A stretch of DNA of 64,000 bases. It comes from Gnetum montanum. Its lineage: Eukaryota > Plantae > Gnetophyta. Position 1 is the first letter of the stretch. Every line of letters starts with the position of its first letter. Under the pieces are notes generated by a model. The model had not been told where the DNA came from, did no database searches, and saw only the letters and a list, made by a program, of their open reading frames with translations. A program made the translations under genes and the position numbers. Location: assembly GCA_015680685.1 (NCBI GenBank), contig MNCI01000461.1, forward strand, positions 152,607-216,606, written 5' to 3'. Shown piece by piece: positions 41,241-54,645 of this stretch.

Positions 41241-42948
41241 TGAAATACCATCAAATTTGAGTAACAGCATCTTAATGATAGATTTTTCTAAGTGTCAACA
41301 CAAGCTAGATTTTTTCCAAGTGTTTGGCCCACGCTTCCATTGTTGGAACTATGCTTCAAAGTGTAGTTAGTGTAGCATGCAGCACAGAGCTAGATTTGCA
41401 AGATTTTCTAAGTGTCAACAATAGTTGAAATTTTTTTTTAAGTGTTGTGCTATGGTCCCATTCTTCCTGCTATGCTCTAAAGCATAGCTAGTGTAGCATC
41501 CACTTCAATGGCCAATTTTGCCTAAGTGTTAAGCTAGAAGCTGTCAAGCTAGCCTAGCATGGAGGAAGCATCTTGGAAAATTTTCTAACTATTGAGATTA
41601 CCCCTCCTACTATGCTCTAGAGCATAGCCAACATAGCCTAGATGAAGGTTGTAAGTTTTGCCAATTTTTTCTAAATGTTAGTGCCATGCTCTCATTCTTC
41701 CTGCTATGCTCTAGAGTGTAGCTAGCATAGCTAGCATTGGACTTAAATTTTTTTAGAATTTGCCTAACTATTAGGTTACACTCTAGAGTGTAGCTGGTGT
41801 AACAATATCAGGTATCCTCTAAAAGCTTCCAGATCACAACACCAGCCTCCATCTCAGCTCTAGTATTTCTCTAGCAAGCAAGATTAGCAATTTTCATCTT
41901 TTCTACACCCCCTATTTGTCCCAAATTGTACCTATGCTCGACTCCACTCAAAAGAGGGGAGAGCATAATCCCAGAGCATAGCCTCCAAATTGCACTATTC
42001 TACATTATTATTTGTAGCTACATTATAGTCTCTTCAACCTTGGCACATGTAGTCTTGGTAGCATAGTCATAGTTTGGCAATCTCAGGGTCCATTAGAGCA
42101 CACCAAAGTGTAGCATCATTTTGCTTCAGTGGGAGCATAGCTAGGGTCAATGTAGCCTCAACTACCCCCTCTACCATGTGGCACCCAATCCACACTTCAT
42201 GTCAACCATAATCCTATAAATACCCCCTATGTTTCACATTTTAGGGGTTGGTAATTTCATTTAGTAGTTGGCATTTTGAAGCATTTGGTGGGCATTTTCA
42301 TTTAGTAGTTGGCATCTTAGCATTGGCAATCTTGCACGTGAACATCCTTAGCACCTTGATAAAACTTTAGGACACTACCGGACACTGCAACACACTGTAG
42401 CTCACAAGAGCAACCGTGATAGCCAATCTAGCAAGCACAGACCTCATGGCGGATTTCAATTTTCATAGCTCAAACACCCTAGAGAATGTGCCTATGCTAC
42501 CTACTACATCTATTTGTATGCCACATACCTCTTCACCTCTCTTTTTCAATTGCTATGCTCCCCCCATTTGGGATGGTGCCATTCTTTCTCTCTCAAACTC
42601 CATTGCATTTTCAAGCATTTTCTTTGGCATTCAGCATTGCACTTACATTTTTTCACTATTTTGCACATATTTACACATTTGCACTATCATTTTCACATTG
42701 GAAAACCCTTCTATGCTTGGGCTTAGTTGGCCTTGGTACCACTGAAAAGACCGTGTGAACCTCCCTAGCACTTGTTCATCAAAACAATCCGAGAGTCCTA
42801 GTTTAATCGACAAGACCATTCTAGACACTCTACCTCTATTTTCCCCCTCCAGTGATAACCCTTCAGACATGGGTAGGGTTAGGGCTATACCACAACCACA
42901 GACCCCTCAATGTGACTATTCCAACCACCGATGTTTTTGGTAGCTACA
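41241..42948 (+). repeat. 3' LTR of B2
   Basis: PPT, TGAAATACCA...TAGCTACA, followed by TSD CCTTT. Confidence 0.92.
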
Positions 42949-43369
42949 CCTTTGTGGAACATTCTCCACCTCAAGTGACAGTGCAAGCAACTCATCAAGC
43001 TCAATGGTGCATTTGGGATCCCATCCAACCTTGGACACTGTAAATAATATAAAAAATATAAATACAAAAAAATATTAAACAATGAAAATAGCCAAAAATA
43101 TTTTAAATAAATAAAACCATATAATAATAAGAATTAGAATACCATGAAACTAAAAATGACAAAGACAAATAAATTAAAAATAAACAAGGCAAAGCATGCT
43201 AGAGTTCTAACCAACATCGAGACAAATTTGTCACAACCAATTAATCATGTCTTTGTTCATGCCACACATAAACTTGATTTTGCTAGGAATCTCTACCCAT
43301 GGTTTCATTCAAAATGTAGAGGTAGATGCTTCTTGATGGGGTTTAGGCACTACAATGAGTATAACCATC

Positions 43370-46300
43370 AACTAAGGATCAAGAACAAATTCCAACATGA
43401 AACTACAAGATACAACAAGACAAAATCCATAAGTACTTATAAGATCATCTAGAATGATAATAGGAGGTTTACCAAGTTGTGAGTCTTCAAATATAGCATT
43501 AAAGAAATCCAATGTGACATTGGATAGCCCTTCATCCTCATTCTATTATAGGATGTCCTCCTCTAGGCATTTTTGTTCTACCTTTGCTACTGCTACCTGA
43601 GCTGCCCGTTCTTATTACTTGCCTACAACACTAGTGAAGATAGAGCATAGAATGATATTAGCATATTTTTTCTAGAATAAAATGATAACATAACCATGTA
43701 ACATAAAAAATAGATGCAAAATAACTTTTAAAAACTGACATAGAACATACCTATAATGACATGATGTGCTTGGCCAAGTCTAATGAAGAGTTTCCTTTGT
43801 GCTAGCTACTCAACAACTAGTGGTGTCTCCTCCACCATAGTCCTCTTCAACTTTCCTTTGGCTATACCATCAGCCTCTGAACATAATTCCTTGGTCTTCT
43901 TAGAACTTCCATTGTTAACTTGGGGTTCAACTTGCATGCTATCAAGGAAAGGACAATGCATACCACTAAATGTCTTAGTGGTAACAAAATGATTCCCTAA
44001 TATCCTCCACTAGTGGGTTCTAAACCTACATAGTTGAAACAATGTTTTTCATCAAAGGTTTAGAGAATTGGGATGGATCATGACTTACCCATCTTCCATC
44101 CTTATTCACCATCAATAACTCTATGAACCTTCTTAGATACATCACAAAAAATGTAAAATACATATGACATATTATCTTAAGGTTGTTTTGGAGTTTCAAG
44201 ATCTCCTCTCATAGCCAGGAAACCAAGTGAGTAGCCTAGTTGAACTACGCACCATTGCTAAGGACCTTCTTCATGTTCCAAGCCTATTGAATGCCTAAGA
44301 TCTTCTTCTATGACAATAATGTTGGGAATGCCCTAGACCAAAATAATGGGTACATCTCATTGGCCTCTACAACTTTGCACTCATCTAGAAATAATCCAAC
44401 ATGTCCACGACAAGTGTTTAGACATTCTTACACCTCCTCCTTGTGTCCCAACTCTTTCCCTATTTTTTTTTGGAAACCTTCATGTCCTCACAATGAATGC
44501 TAAAGAGGTCACTGAAGGTAGATACATTAATGAACAAAGTGATAGGAACACCATGAGCATGGATGATCAATTTCTTGACTTCTTTATCAAAGGATTCAAT
44601 GACATTCACCATCATTAGGGTAGTTATGATTGGGCTAGGAATCATAAATAAATTAAGCAAACCTTCATTGGCGATCCTCATCTAAATGTCTTTAGGTGTT
44701 TAGCTAGTCAACCAATGCTACATTAAATCTACCTAATTCCACTTGAGGATAAGTATCTCCTCCACATGTCTTGAAGTGATCATGACAACAGTGGATTTTC
44801 ATGTAGCTCCTACATCACAACGAACATAGCCAATTAGCTTTGACATAGGCACATCATATAAAACCAAGAAATAACAAACATAACAAATTAAAACAAAACT
44901 TGTAGCCACACCAATAAAACTAGTTAGTTAATTAATGCCTAGACAACCAAACAATGACACATCTAGAAAATGTTGACATTGTATAAGTAGAATAATAATA
45001 ATAATAATATTTCTTACTAGATGAAGGCAATGTGGGAAGCTTAAGGGGTATGTATGCATGTGTGCCTAAACTTGGAAGATTCCAGAAACTATGAGTGGTC
45101 CTATTAGCCAAGCACTTTTAGTAGGCCTCAAAGTAGCATAAGGTGTAACTGCTAAAGTCATCCTTTAGCTATTTCAACACTGTGAGCCTCACTACTTGGC
45201 TTTTTTCAAAAACCTCCAATGTTTTGTGGGCCAAGGGTAAGATTTGGTTACTCTTGATCAATCCTTGGTCATCTACCCAATACCTGCAGCATGTAAACCA
45301 AACAAAAATTATCAAACCCAAGTGGCCTAGTGAAAATAACACATAAACCAAAAAGCTTAGAATTACACTTACCCTTTCAAATGGTAGAAATTTCTAGGAG
45401 GATTTTGGAATAAAGTGTGGATAGTATGACCTATCATCAACATGTTGTTGGCATCGTACTAAATAAATTCAGGCATATCCCAAATATGGGATAACTTATG
45501 TGTACCCAAAGTGCACATGCCATCATGATGATCACCATCCACACAAGTGTTAAGGGAATCAACCATGAACTTGATGATACGATTGGTAGAATGGGATAGC
45601 AAGGTCTCTATAATAATAGCTGCAATGTTTGATGCCAAGTATGACCATAAAATCATACTAAAGTTCTAAAGCAAGAAAGCTAAGAACTCTTTGGCCCCTA
45701 GTCTAAACCAAACAGAACCGTGATCCAATACCATATTAGCAAGCAAATTATTTGGTCCTAGCATGTGTATGCAACATAGGATCCCAACTAGCTCAACGAT
45801 CACTAGGATGGGTTTCAAGAAGGCCCTGCACAACCAAAGATAACCATTATAACCTTGTATGACCATAAAAAAAATTCAAGAATTGATAAAAAAAATGATA
45901 AGCATAATGTCAAAGTTTTTACACAAAAGACAAAATAACTAAGTTCATAAATTTTAACGATTAAAAACAAAACAAAATTTACCTAGAAATTAAGTAAAAA
46001 TCGAGTAGCCTATTAACACTAATGATAGTCTCATGGTTGAAATATACATAAAATTTACAAAAACAATTTTGTAGAAAATATTGAAACTATGAGAGTGAGC
46101 CTATGTCAAATTTTAATCCATGATTAACAATACAAAAAAAACTACAAAAGTTCCAACTTGAATTCAATGAAATTTTGATTAAAATTCCTAGTTTACAATG
46201 AAACAACTATAGTAAAAACTCTAGGAAGGCTAAATAAAAAAATTTAAAAAATTCAAGAATCTATAGAAAACCAATGTGCAACATGTAAATAACCATAAAA

Positions 46301-47467
46301 ATCCAAAAATATTCATAATAAAATTAAAAAAATGTACTAATTTTTCCTGTACAACTTGGGAAGGCTTGTAGTTTCAACAACTAAAACTACAACGATATAG
46401 GGTAGTACACATCAATAAGAAAATGATAAAATTTTACCAAAGAAAATTTTTCTAAGTCCAAGCAACATAGACATGAATAATTTAACATAAAACATAACCC
46501 AATGTTGCAATAGTAGACTTAGAAAAATTTAAAAGCTAACTGAAAATCACTTTGAATTTTTTTCTCAAAAAACCCAATTTGTAGTGAAACCTCTAGGAAA
46601 ATTGCAAAACAATTTTTAAAAAAATATAAAAGCAATGCAAAAGCCTTTCAAAATACCCTAGAAATTTCCTAGAGGATAGGACGTTGATAGAAAAAACTAT
46701 TTCAAGTGGCTATGCTACCAATTTCAAAGGGCTAAGAATAGTAAGAAACCAAAAAAATCACTATGTCCTATTCTACGGAAAAATTTGTAAAAAATTAACT
46801 ATAAGTGAGAAATTAGTGATTCAACCATCAATTTGAACTTTAAAAAATGTATAAAAAACCTATGGCCTTGGAAACCAAATATTCTATAACATTCTTTTGT
46901 AAAAAAATTAAAAATTTGCATTGCTTTTTAGTGAAAAATAGTGAAAATCAAAAAATCACTGTGCACTAGTCTATGGAAAAAATTAACTGTAGCTCAAAAA
47001 TTAGTGATTCAACTTTCATTACAATCATTAAGACCTGCAAAGCAATCCTATGACCTTAAAAATCAAAAATTATTTATCAAATTCTCATGAAAAAGTTGTA
47101 AACTTTAACGACTTTTTTTTATAGGAAAATAGCCAAAATGCATAGAATAGGGCAAAATAAAAATTCAAAACTTGGAATGGGTAGGCCCTAAGGGAAAAAT
47201 AATACCATGAAACTTGGACACAACATAAACATAGCATCTAAACTACACAAAACTAAATTTTGTTCAACCAATGGGCCTAGATACTGAAAAACTTCTAGGT
47301 TCTAGGCTAAAAATTAATAAAAAAAATAGAAAGGAAGGATACTTGATAGGCATGGTTGATGAACCCTCTCCAAGTATGGGTCATGGTAGATTGGAGATAC
47401 TCTTGATAGTAGGATTTTCCTCCTTCAAGGCTAGGTTTCTTTTGGTAGATGCTCTTCTCTTTGACAT
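43370..47467 (-). pseudogene. Multi-exon antisense accessory gene(s) inside element D, possibly plant-mobile-domain/plant-transposon-protein-like
   Basis: Minus-strand GT-AG introns 45372-45284, 45017-44810, 44088-44026, 43750-43672; basic start MSKRRASTKR at 47467; ORF pieces 44460-44681, 45459-45656, 45666-45866. Domain call is by eye only. Confidence 0.6.
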
Positions 47468-49639
47468 CTTGGGTAGGCAAAATGCAAAAATCTTCAATTT
47501 TCCTTCACCTTCCTTTGACTACACTACCTTTGTTATGGAGTGTGGAAAAACTACACTGAGGATTGATGGGATTAGAACCAAGATTAGTGGAGAATCCTAG
47601 GTCCTTAACACCACTTGCAAGAGATGGGCTAAGAGAATTGATTTTAGTAAGATTGCAATGTGGGAGGTATTCCCATACTTATGCATTGGTAATACAAGGC
47701 CCATGCCTGAAACACCAACACAACTCACAATGAACTACAAGTTCAAAAGAGGAAAGTTAAAACTATGATAGGTTTGTGGGAATTTTCCAACCAAATAACC
47801 ATTTGCATTTGGATGAGCCCCACTAGGCACCTCCCAAGCAAACCATCAAAAATCCCAATATGGTGGGATTTACGACCTCTAGCCAAAACTATGATGGGAT
47901 TAATTCCCAAAAATGCCTTGGAATAGGTTCCAAGAATACATGAGTGTCAAAACCCATTTCCTAGCCATCCTTCCTTGGCATATGGAAGCCAAAAGATCCT
48001 CATACCAAAACTAAAAACCAACTATTATAATTGGAGGATCCTGAACACCAAGAATGGTCAACACATAGTCAAAATAAGTCATTTTAAGGATTACTACACT
48101 GGCCAATGGTAAAAAGATGCTAGCCAACATAATTTTTCTAGGGATATTAATAAACAAAATCAACCATGCTTTTGATTAATGTCAAAGTGAAGCCCCAAAC
48201 CCTAGTTGGAGCCTCCAGCAAATCTGGAACCTCCTAAGACCTATTGAAAGATGTCAAAACCAATTATTCTTGAAAACATATGCTAAAGGGACCCATAAAT
48301 ACATTTTCCAACATATTTTTCTAAATTTTATCCATTAGGAGAATCAATATTACCTTTAACAACCTTCAAAATGGCAAACCCTAGCCTTCAAACCTTCCTA
48401 GAGCCTTTGATAACATTGAAATGCAAAATAACAAGCTAGAAACAAGTTAAAACTCATACTAACTTGAAAAATACATTAGGTAAGGTCAAAACTATGCTAT
48501 CAAGCATAGGTTTTGTAACAAAATCCAAAAAATAGCTACTAAAAAGTCAAATTGACCCACAGATGCATAATCCTAACCTCAGAACCCTACTGGAGCCTCT
48601 GGATACCACCAAACCCTAGAAACTAAGTCAAAATTGATCAAAATTAATCATATTCTCTAAAAACACACTAGAAACACCTAAAAATACATTTTCTAGCATA
48701 TTTTTTAGGGAAGATGGTAATATCAAGGCTCTAAAGACCTTCAGAATCAACAATTTTAAGCCTAAACCTTAGCCATGGACACCAATGATCCCATGAATCC
48801 AAAATCTTGATTAGTTGATCACAAAAACCAACCAAACGTTAATAATTTAGTGAACCTATGTTGTGGTAGACCAAAATTATATTAGCTAGGATAGTTTTGA
48901 TTTGCAAGGATAGTTTTAATAGCATCACCACACTCCAAATGGTCTGAAACTTGATTGGTGAAGCCTAGAAACTTGAAACGTGAAACCAGCTATCATTTGA
49001 CCTCATTTTGAGTGAAAAAGAACTAAATTTATTAAAAATACACTAGAACTAGAGAAAACTATGTTTATTTTTGATATTTTAGGTTTCAAACTACACTTTT
49101 TATGACTCATCTTTTCTTCCAAATGACTAATTGAGAACCCTAACATCCCTTTACTACCTTGGAAGGTTTATGGAGCAAAAATTCCAAGCCTAAGACACCA
49201 TAAATTAAGTTTTCGTGTAAAACTACATTGCTAGAGAAAACTATTCTGGTCAGCTTAGGTTCTAGCTTTTGGTGGCATTTGCGATCTTTAGGGGGTCAAA
49301 TTGAGGTCAAAGTTGACCAATATTCACTCTTAGTCCACTACACTATCAACTTAGACCATCAAAACCTCAAAACTGGCCCTAACAAACCTAAGAAATCACA
49401 TTTTGTCAACAACTATGCTTGGGCATGCCAAAACTATGCTGGCCAATGTAGTTTTCAAAAAAGACCATGTTTTTGCCTCCAAATAGCCTCAAAATGACCT
49501 TCCCAAGTGCCCAAACTCCTCCATCAATCCTATAGCCTTTCATTGTGGCTTGCTAAGGTTTAAAATTGGAAAAATGTGATCCCAATTGACCCATATAGAT
49601 AATCTATTACCATATGTTTTCCACCCTTGATGGGTTTAC

Positions 49640-50280
49640 CCTTATGTCATTTTGCTTTGACTTGATTCGACCTTATTATGCATCATTAACCCTTATTATT
49701 GTATCATTTGGCTTTATTCCACTAAATGTTTCTATCATTTGACCTTAGTTGACTTGATTTGACATCAATTAATGTCATTGGATATCAATATGACCTTTTC
49801 TACCAATCTTGGACATCATTTGATGGGGTTTGATCATCATTTAGTTTCCATATTTGGATTTCATTTGGCTTTGTTCCACATTAGTTGGCCTTTGATTCAC
49901 CTCATTTACCTTATCCTCTCTTTTATGACCTTTGTTGACCATGCTTTAACCTTATTTGATGTTTCATGACCATCGTTTGGCCTCATCTGATCATTATTTG
50001 GCCATCATTTGGCTTCATTTCATACTATTTGGCCTTCTACTTACCTTGTTAACCTTAACTTCTCTCTTATGAGCTCTGTTGACCATGTTCTAACCCTGAT
50101 CAACTTTATTGGATGGGATTTGACCATCATTTGGCCTACATTTGATCTAGTTTGGCCATCATTTGGCCTTCATTTGATCCTATTTTATAGTATTTAGCCT
50201 TGGTTTCACCCTATTTTCTTTAACCTATCTCTTGTAACCTTTTTGGACCTTGTTCAAACCTCATTTGACCATTAGTGTAA
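49640..50280 (+). repeat. Degenerate T-rich repeat (TTTGACC/TTTGGCC units)
   Basis: Dense TTGACC/TTGGCC motifs with a roughly 130-170 bp higher-order repeat (49850-50270). Confidence 0.55.
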
Positions 50281-50391
50281 TGTATTTTGGCTTATCCATG
50301 CATTATTACTAAAGTACTTTACATTGTTTTGACATCATTTTCTCATTTTATCACACAAGTAACACTTAATATGCTTATGGTAAATATGCAG

Positions 50392-52581
50392 GATTGGAGT
50401 ATGAACACCTGGAAGTAATTTAGTTTGCCTTTGAGCGTAAGTGGACACATGATGATGTTGAAAGATTCAATGACCTCAATTGCCTAAATCTTGAGCTTGA
50501 GAGACCTGTCAATCACATAGGCTCAATAGAGAAACATCTTGAATGGCCTAAACATCTAGTTAAAACCCTTGACCTTAAGGATGACAACATTACTAAAGAC
50601 TCTCTAATCACTACCTATTTAGGAGTTAATTCAATGTCATATGCAAGGATAAGGTGCTTAGAGCTACAACAACCAATATCTATGAAAGTAGTTGTATAGC
50701 TATTGAAAAGCCATAACAGCTGAGTTTGACCTCCATTACATCTCCCAAGCCTCAACCAAAGGTCAACCTATGGTTGCACAACTTACAACCTTTCCAATTG
50801 AAGACCATGTAGCCATTGACCCTAAATTTCCTAATGAACATATCAACACCATCAATGAAGTACCTGAGGGTTATGAGGTAATCATGCATTTTGACAAAGC
50901 TTCCACTACCCATGGGGCTAGTGATTCTACCCTCATAACATTATCTTTTGGTGTAATCCAATCCTTTGCATATCATTTTCAATTCTCATGTACCAATAAC
51001 GTGGTGGATTATGAAGGATTGATCAAAGGAATGATGGTAGCTCATGACCAAGGAATCAAATAATTGATGATCAAAGGTCAATCACAACTTGTGGTTAACT
51101 AAGTAACTGTGGTTTATGCATGTAAAATCAAGAATTTACAACCTTACTATAACCTAGCTAAGAAACTTGTGCAACAATTTACATATGTTGGTATCCAACA
51201 TATACCCCAAACTGAGAACCTTAGTTGATGCCATTACAAGCTTAGCCCTAAGTGTGATGCCTTATGTGTTTAGCAAGTTACCTTTCTTAACTATGAACTA
51301 TGCTATTTCCATCATGAAAAACACTGAAGGCACCTCTATAGCCTATGTTAATACTACATCTTAGAAGGAGTGCTATGACAATATCAAGTTTTACCTACTA
51401 CATGGTGACTACTTCTCAAAAGGATATTGTATGTACAAGATCAAAATAGTATGTCATCATAGGTGATAACACATTATGTTGATGGTCTTATGATGGTGTA
51501 TTGTTAGTGGGCATGGGCAAAAATGAAGCCCACATAGTCCTTGAGTAAGTTCATGAAGGTGTATGTGGGGGACATATAGGGCTAGAGCCATGGCCAGTAA
51601 GATTAGATGATTAGGTTATTATTGGTCCCATATGGAAAATGATTGCCTACAGAAGGTTAGAACTTGTCATACTTATCAATGGTATAGCAACCTAATACAT
51701 GTGCCACCAACTAAGTTACACACTATGCAAATAAATTGGCCATTTCAATGGTGGGTATTGGACATTATCAAACCTATAATGTCTAAATATTCCATCGGGA
51801 ATAGCTTTATTATCACTACAACCCAATATTTTACAAAGTGGATTGAAGTTATTCCTCTAAGGAAGATAATCTTCCAACAAGTCTATAGATTCATACTAGA
51901 TAGCATAGTAGCCTACTTTGGCATGCATTGACCATAGTCACAAATAACAGACTGCATTTTATTAGCTAAGAAACACAATCCTTTCATCAAGACCTAAGTA
52001 TTAAACATTCATTTTTTTACCTTACTACCCTCAATCCAATGGACAAGCTGAAGCTAGCAACAAGGTCATCATAAACTTGCTTAAAAAATGCTAAATAATA
52101 GCAAATGTAAGTGTCATGAGTGGCTTGTCCACACACTTTAGGCCTATCAAACTACCTTTCAAGCTGCAACTAGTGTAACCCCATATAGCCTGGTTTATAG
52201 GTCTAAAGCTATTTTTCCTCTTGAATTGTAGTTTCATCAGTAAGAGTGGCTCTATATGACTTCATCAATGATGAAAAAACAAGGATTTTTTACCATTGAC
52301 CTTGATTTGGTGGAAGAGAAATAGATACAAATGCTCACTTACATCAAATGATACCAAGAGAGGCAGAAGCAATAACATTGGCATGACTTGAACAAGTGCA
52401 ACATCAAGGAAGGAGACTTGGTTCTCAAGGCTCTTTGTGAACATGTAGACAAGTTCTTAGCTAACTAGGAGTGGCCTTGGTCATTAAGGCCTATGGAAAT
52501 GGAGCCTTCAGAGTGGCAAACATGGATGAAAATGAATTGGCCAACTTGATCAGTCATTCCTATCTCTCTATGTTACATTGA
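50392..52581 (+). pseudogene. pol remnant of D: pre-RT linker, RT/RH deleted, aRH and integrase
   Basis: KTLDLKDDNITKDSLITTYL linker, then EFDLHYISQASTKGQ, MHFDKAS...CTNNVVDYEGL, INT WPFQWWVLDII...YFTKWIEVIPL, YYPQSNGQAEASNK. Confidence 0.88.
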
Positions 52582-53493
52582 TAGTGAACTATAGTTAACT
52601 AGTTTGTTAATTTTCTCGTGTGGCCCTATGCATTTTTTTTTTTGAAAAAGCATGTTTTCTTTGTCTTGTTTTCTTGTTCTCTTGGATTTGTGCTTGTAGG
52701 ATGAAGCCTAAAGTCATCAAAAAGGTGAAATTCACTATGAAAATAACTTACAATGTGAATTTGATGCATGAAATTCAGTTAGCTTATCTTGTTGTACTAA
52801 GAGTGTTTATTTCACATCACTTTTGTATTCCCTCTTGAACCACAATCCCAGAAACTAATTACAAACTTCCTGACCTTAAATAATAATGATGACCAATGTT
52901 TAGCATTCATGCATTGTGCACATTTGACATCTCCTTCATCATGCTCCACCATAAAGTTCTTTGGATGTAACACATCTCATTCAATGAGAAAACCAAGCTA
53001 AGTTTGACCTTAGCAATGAAACCCAATGAAGGTTTTATCCTACAAAATAAAATGGTAAAGAAAATTTCCAAGAAGTTGATAGGCCAATGAAGCCTAAAAG
53101 ACAAATTCACAGCTCCAAAAAAGTAACCAAATAAGCCTTAGAGTAGAGTGTTGGTACCTCAAAAATTATATTGAATGACAAGCACTTCAAAGCACAAAGC
53201 ATGAAGACTACAATGTTCAACAAGCATGTCACTACCATACTGTAACCATGATGTCAACATGTGAAATACATTGTTAACCCTTGTGACCACCCCTTTATAG
53301 AAAAATATATCCTTTATCCTATATCAACTCACCACAACCTTATATCATCATCACAAGCACTCTTCGGCATGGTTTGATAGCTACTAGAACAAGTGTGAAG
53401 ACAAAACATCCGTGATGGACCTATGATGGTGTTTTGCATTCTTTTTCAATGTCTCTCAATTCAATCCTCAAGATATCAACAAAGAAGGATTAA

Positions 53494-54645
53494 TGAAACA
53501 CCACTAAAAAAATTTCATATTGCAACTTATTGGCATTGTAACCTTCATTATTAAATTTGAGGCAAGATCTTACTGTAAATGTCAAGTTTGTAGTTCATGG
53601 GTTGTACTCTTAAATACTTCAACTTTCTGAGGCTGAAGAATGCCTCATAAGTTGTTATTGCCTCACTTTCCAAGTGGAAAAGATATATTAAGTATATATC
53701 TAGGCTTGGCAAGGCTGAATATGCCTTGGGAGTTTCCAAATTTGGGTTTTTCATGGGTTTTATGTTGGTAAAGAAAAAACTATGCTAGAACCACCTACAA
53801 CTACTATAGCAATTTTTGCACTTTAATTTTCACAATAAGGACAATGTAGTTTTTATGAAACCTAGCATAGCTTCTTAAGACTAGTGTAGTTTCCAAAGCC
53901 AATTTTCTTTTTATGTCACCCACCATATTTTTGATGTCCTTGGTACATCAAACTTACCATAAGTGAAAAAATAAACTAGAATTGATGGCTTGTAACACCT
54001 ACAAAGTATAGCAATTTGTCAACAATCATGGAAAAAATTTGCTATACCAAAATAGACATCATATCTTATTTAAACAAAGTTTAAACATATTGAATGGACT
54101 TTTGGAAAACTGGCAATCAATTAAGCATTGTAGACTCTCAGAGTGATTACATAGCAATGAAAATTCAAGCAAAATTTTCACCATTTTTTAAACCAACATA
54201 ATAGATCTAAGTCTAAGAACCAACAAAGAGTTGAACCTTGGAAGCACCTGGATCGTGTAACAAACTATAGAACACAACTTGCTGATTTTACCAGACTTTA
54301 ATCATCATCCGAACAACTCCTTGTGCCCTTATGCATACACTTGTACATATTTGAACTCTATTTTACCATCAATTCTATTATTTTAATAAAATTTATAATT
54401 CATTTATTTGTGCAAGTTCATCACTTGAATATTATAAGTTTATTTTTTATATTTTCTCTTATTTAAATCTACAAATTTTTTAAAATTTATTTACATCTAT
54501 TCATACTTTCTAAGTTCTTAGGTGATTAACAAGACCTTCCAAGGTGCCTTGGATCCTCTTTCTCAAAGTCCCTTGGGATCCAAGGTTAAACTATTTTCAT
54601 CAAAGATTTTTGATTTTCCAGCATTGAAATTTTTTTGATGCAACA
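53494..54645 (+). repeat. 3' LTR of D (uninterrupted)
   Basis: PPT AAAGAAGGA, TGAAACACCA...GATGCAACA. Confidence 0.92.

Larger units (their letters stand above)
30178..42948 (+). mobile_element. Near-complete Tat element B2 (gag-pro, RT, RH, aRH, INT)
   Basis: LTRs 30178-31856 and 41241-42948, perfect TSD CCTTT (30173-77, 42949-53), degenerate PBS 31863-31879, PPT 41228-41240. Confidence 0.95.
19617..54645 (+). mobile_element. Tat-clade element D (internally deleted), host of A2 and B2
   Basis: 5' LTR 19617-20145 plus 29140-29788, 3' LTR 53494-54645, TSD ATGAC (19612-16)/ATGAT (54646-50), degenerate PBS at about 29794, PPT at 53481. Confidence 0.9.

Noticed and set aside
47271-47600. Plus-strand 109-aa ORF as a gene
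   Set aside because: No recognisable motif; it overlaps the more plausible minus-strand first exon and donor site
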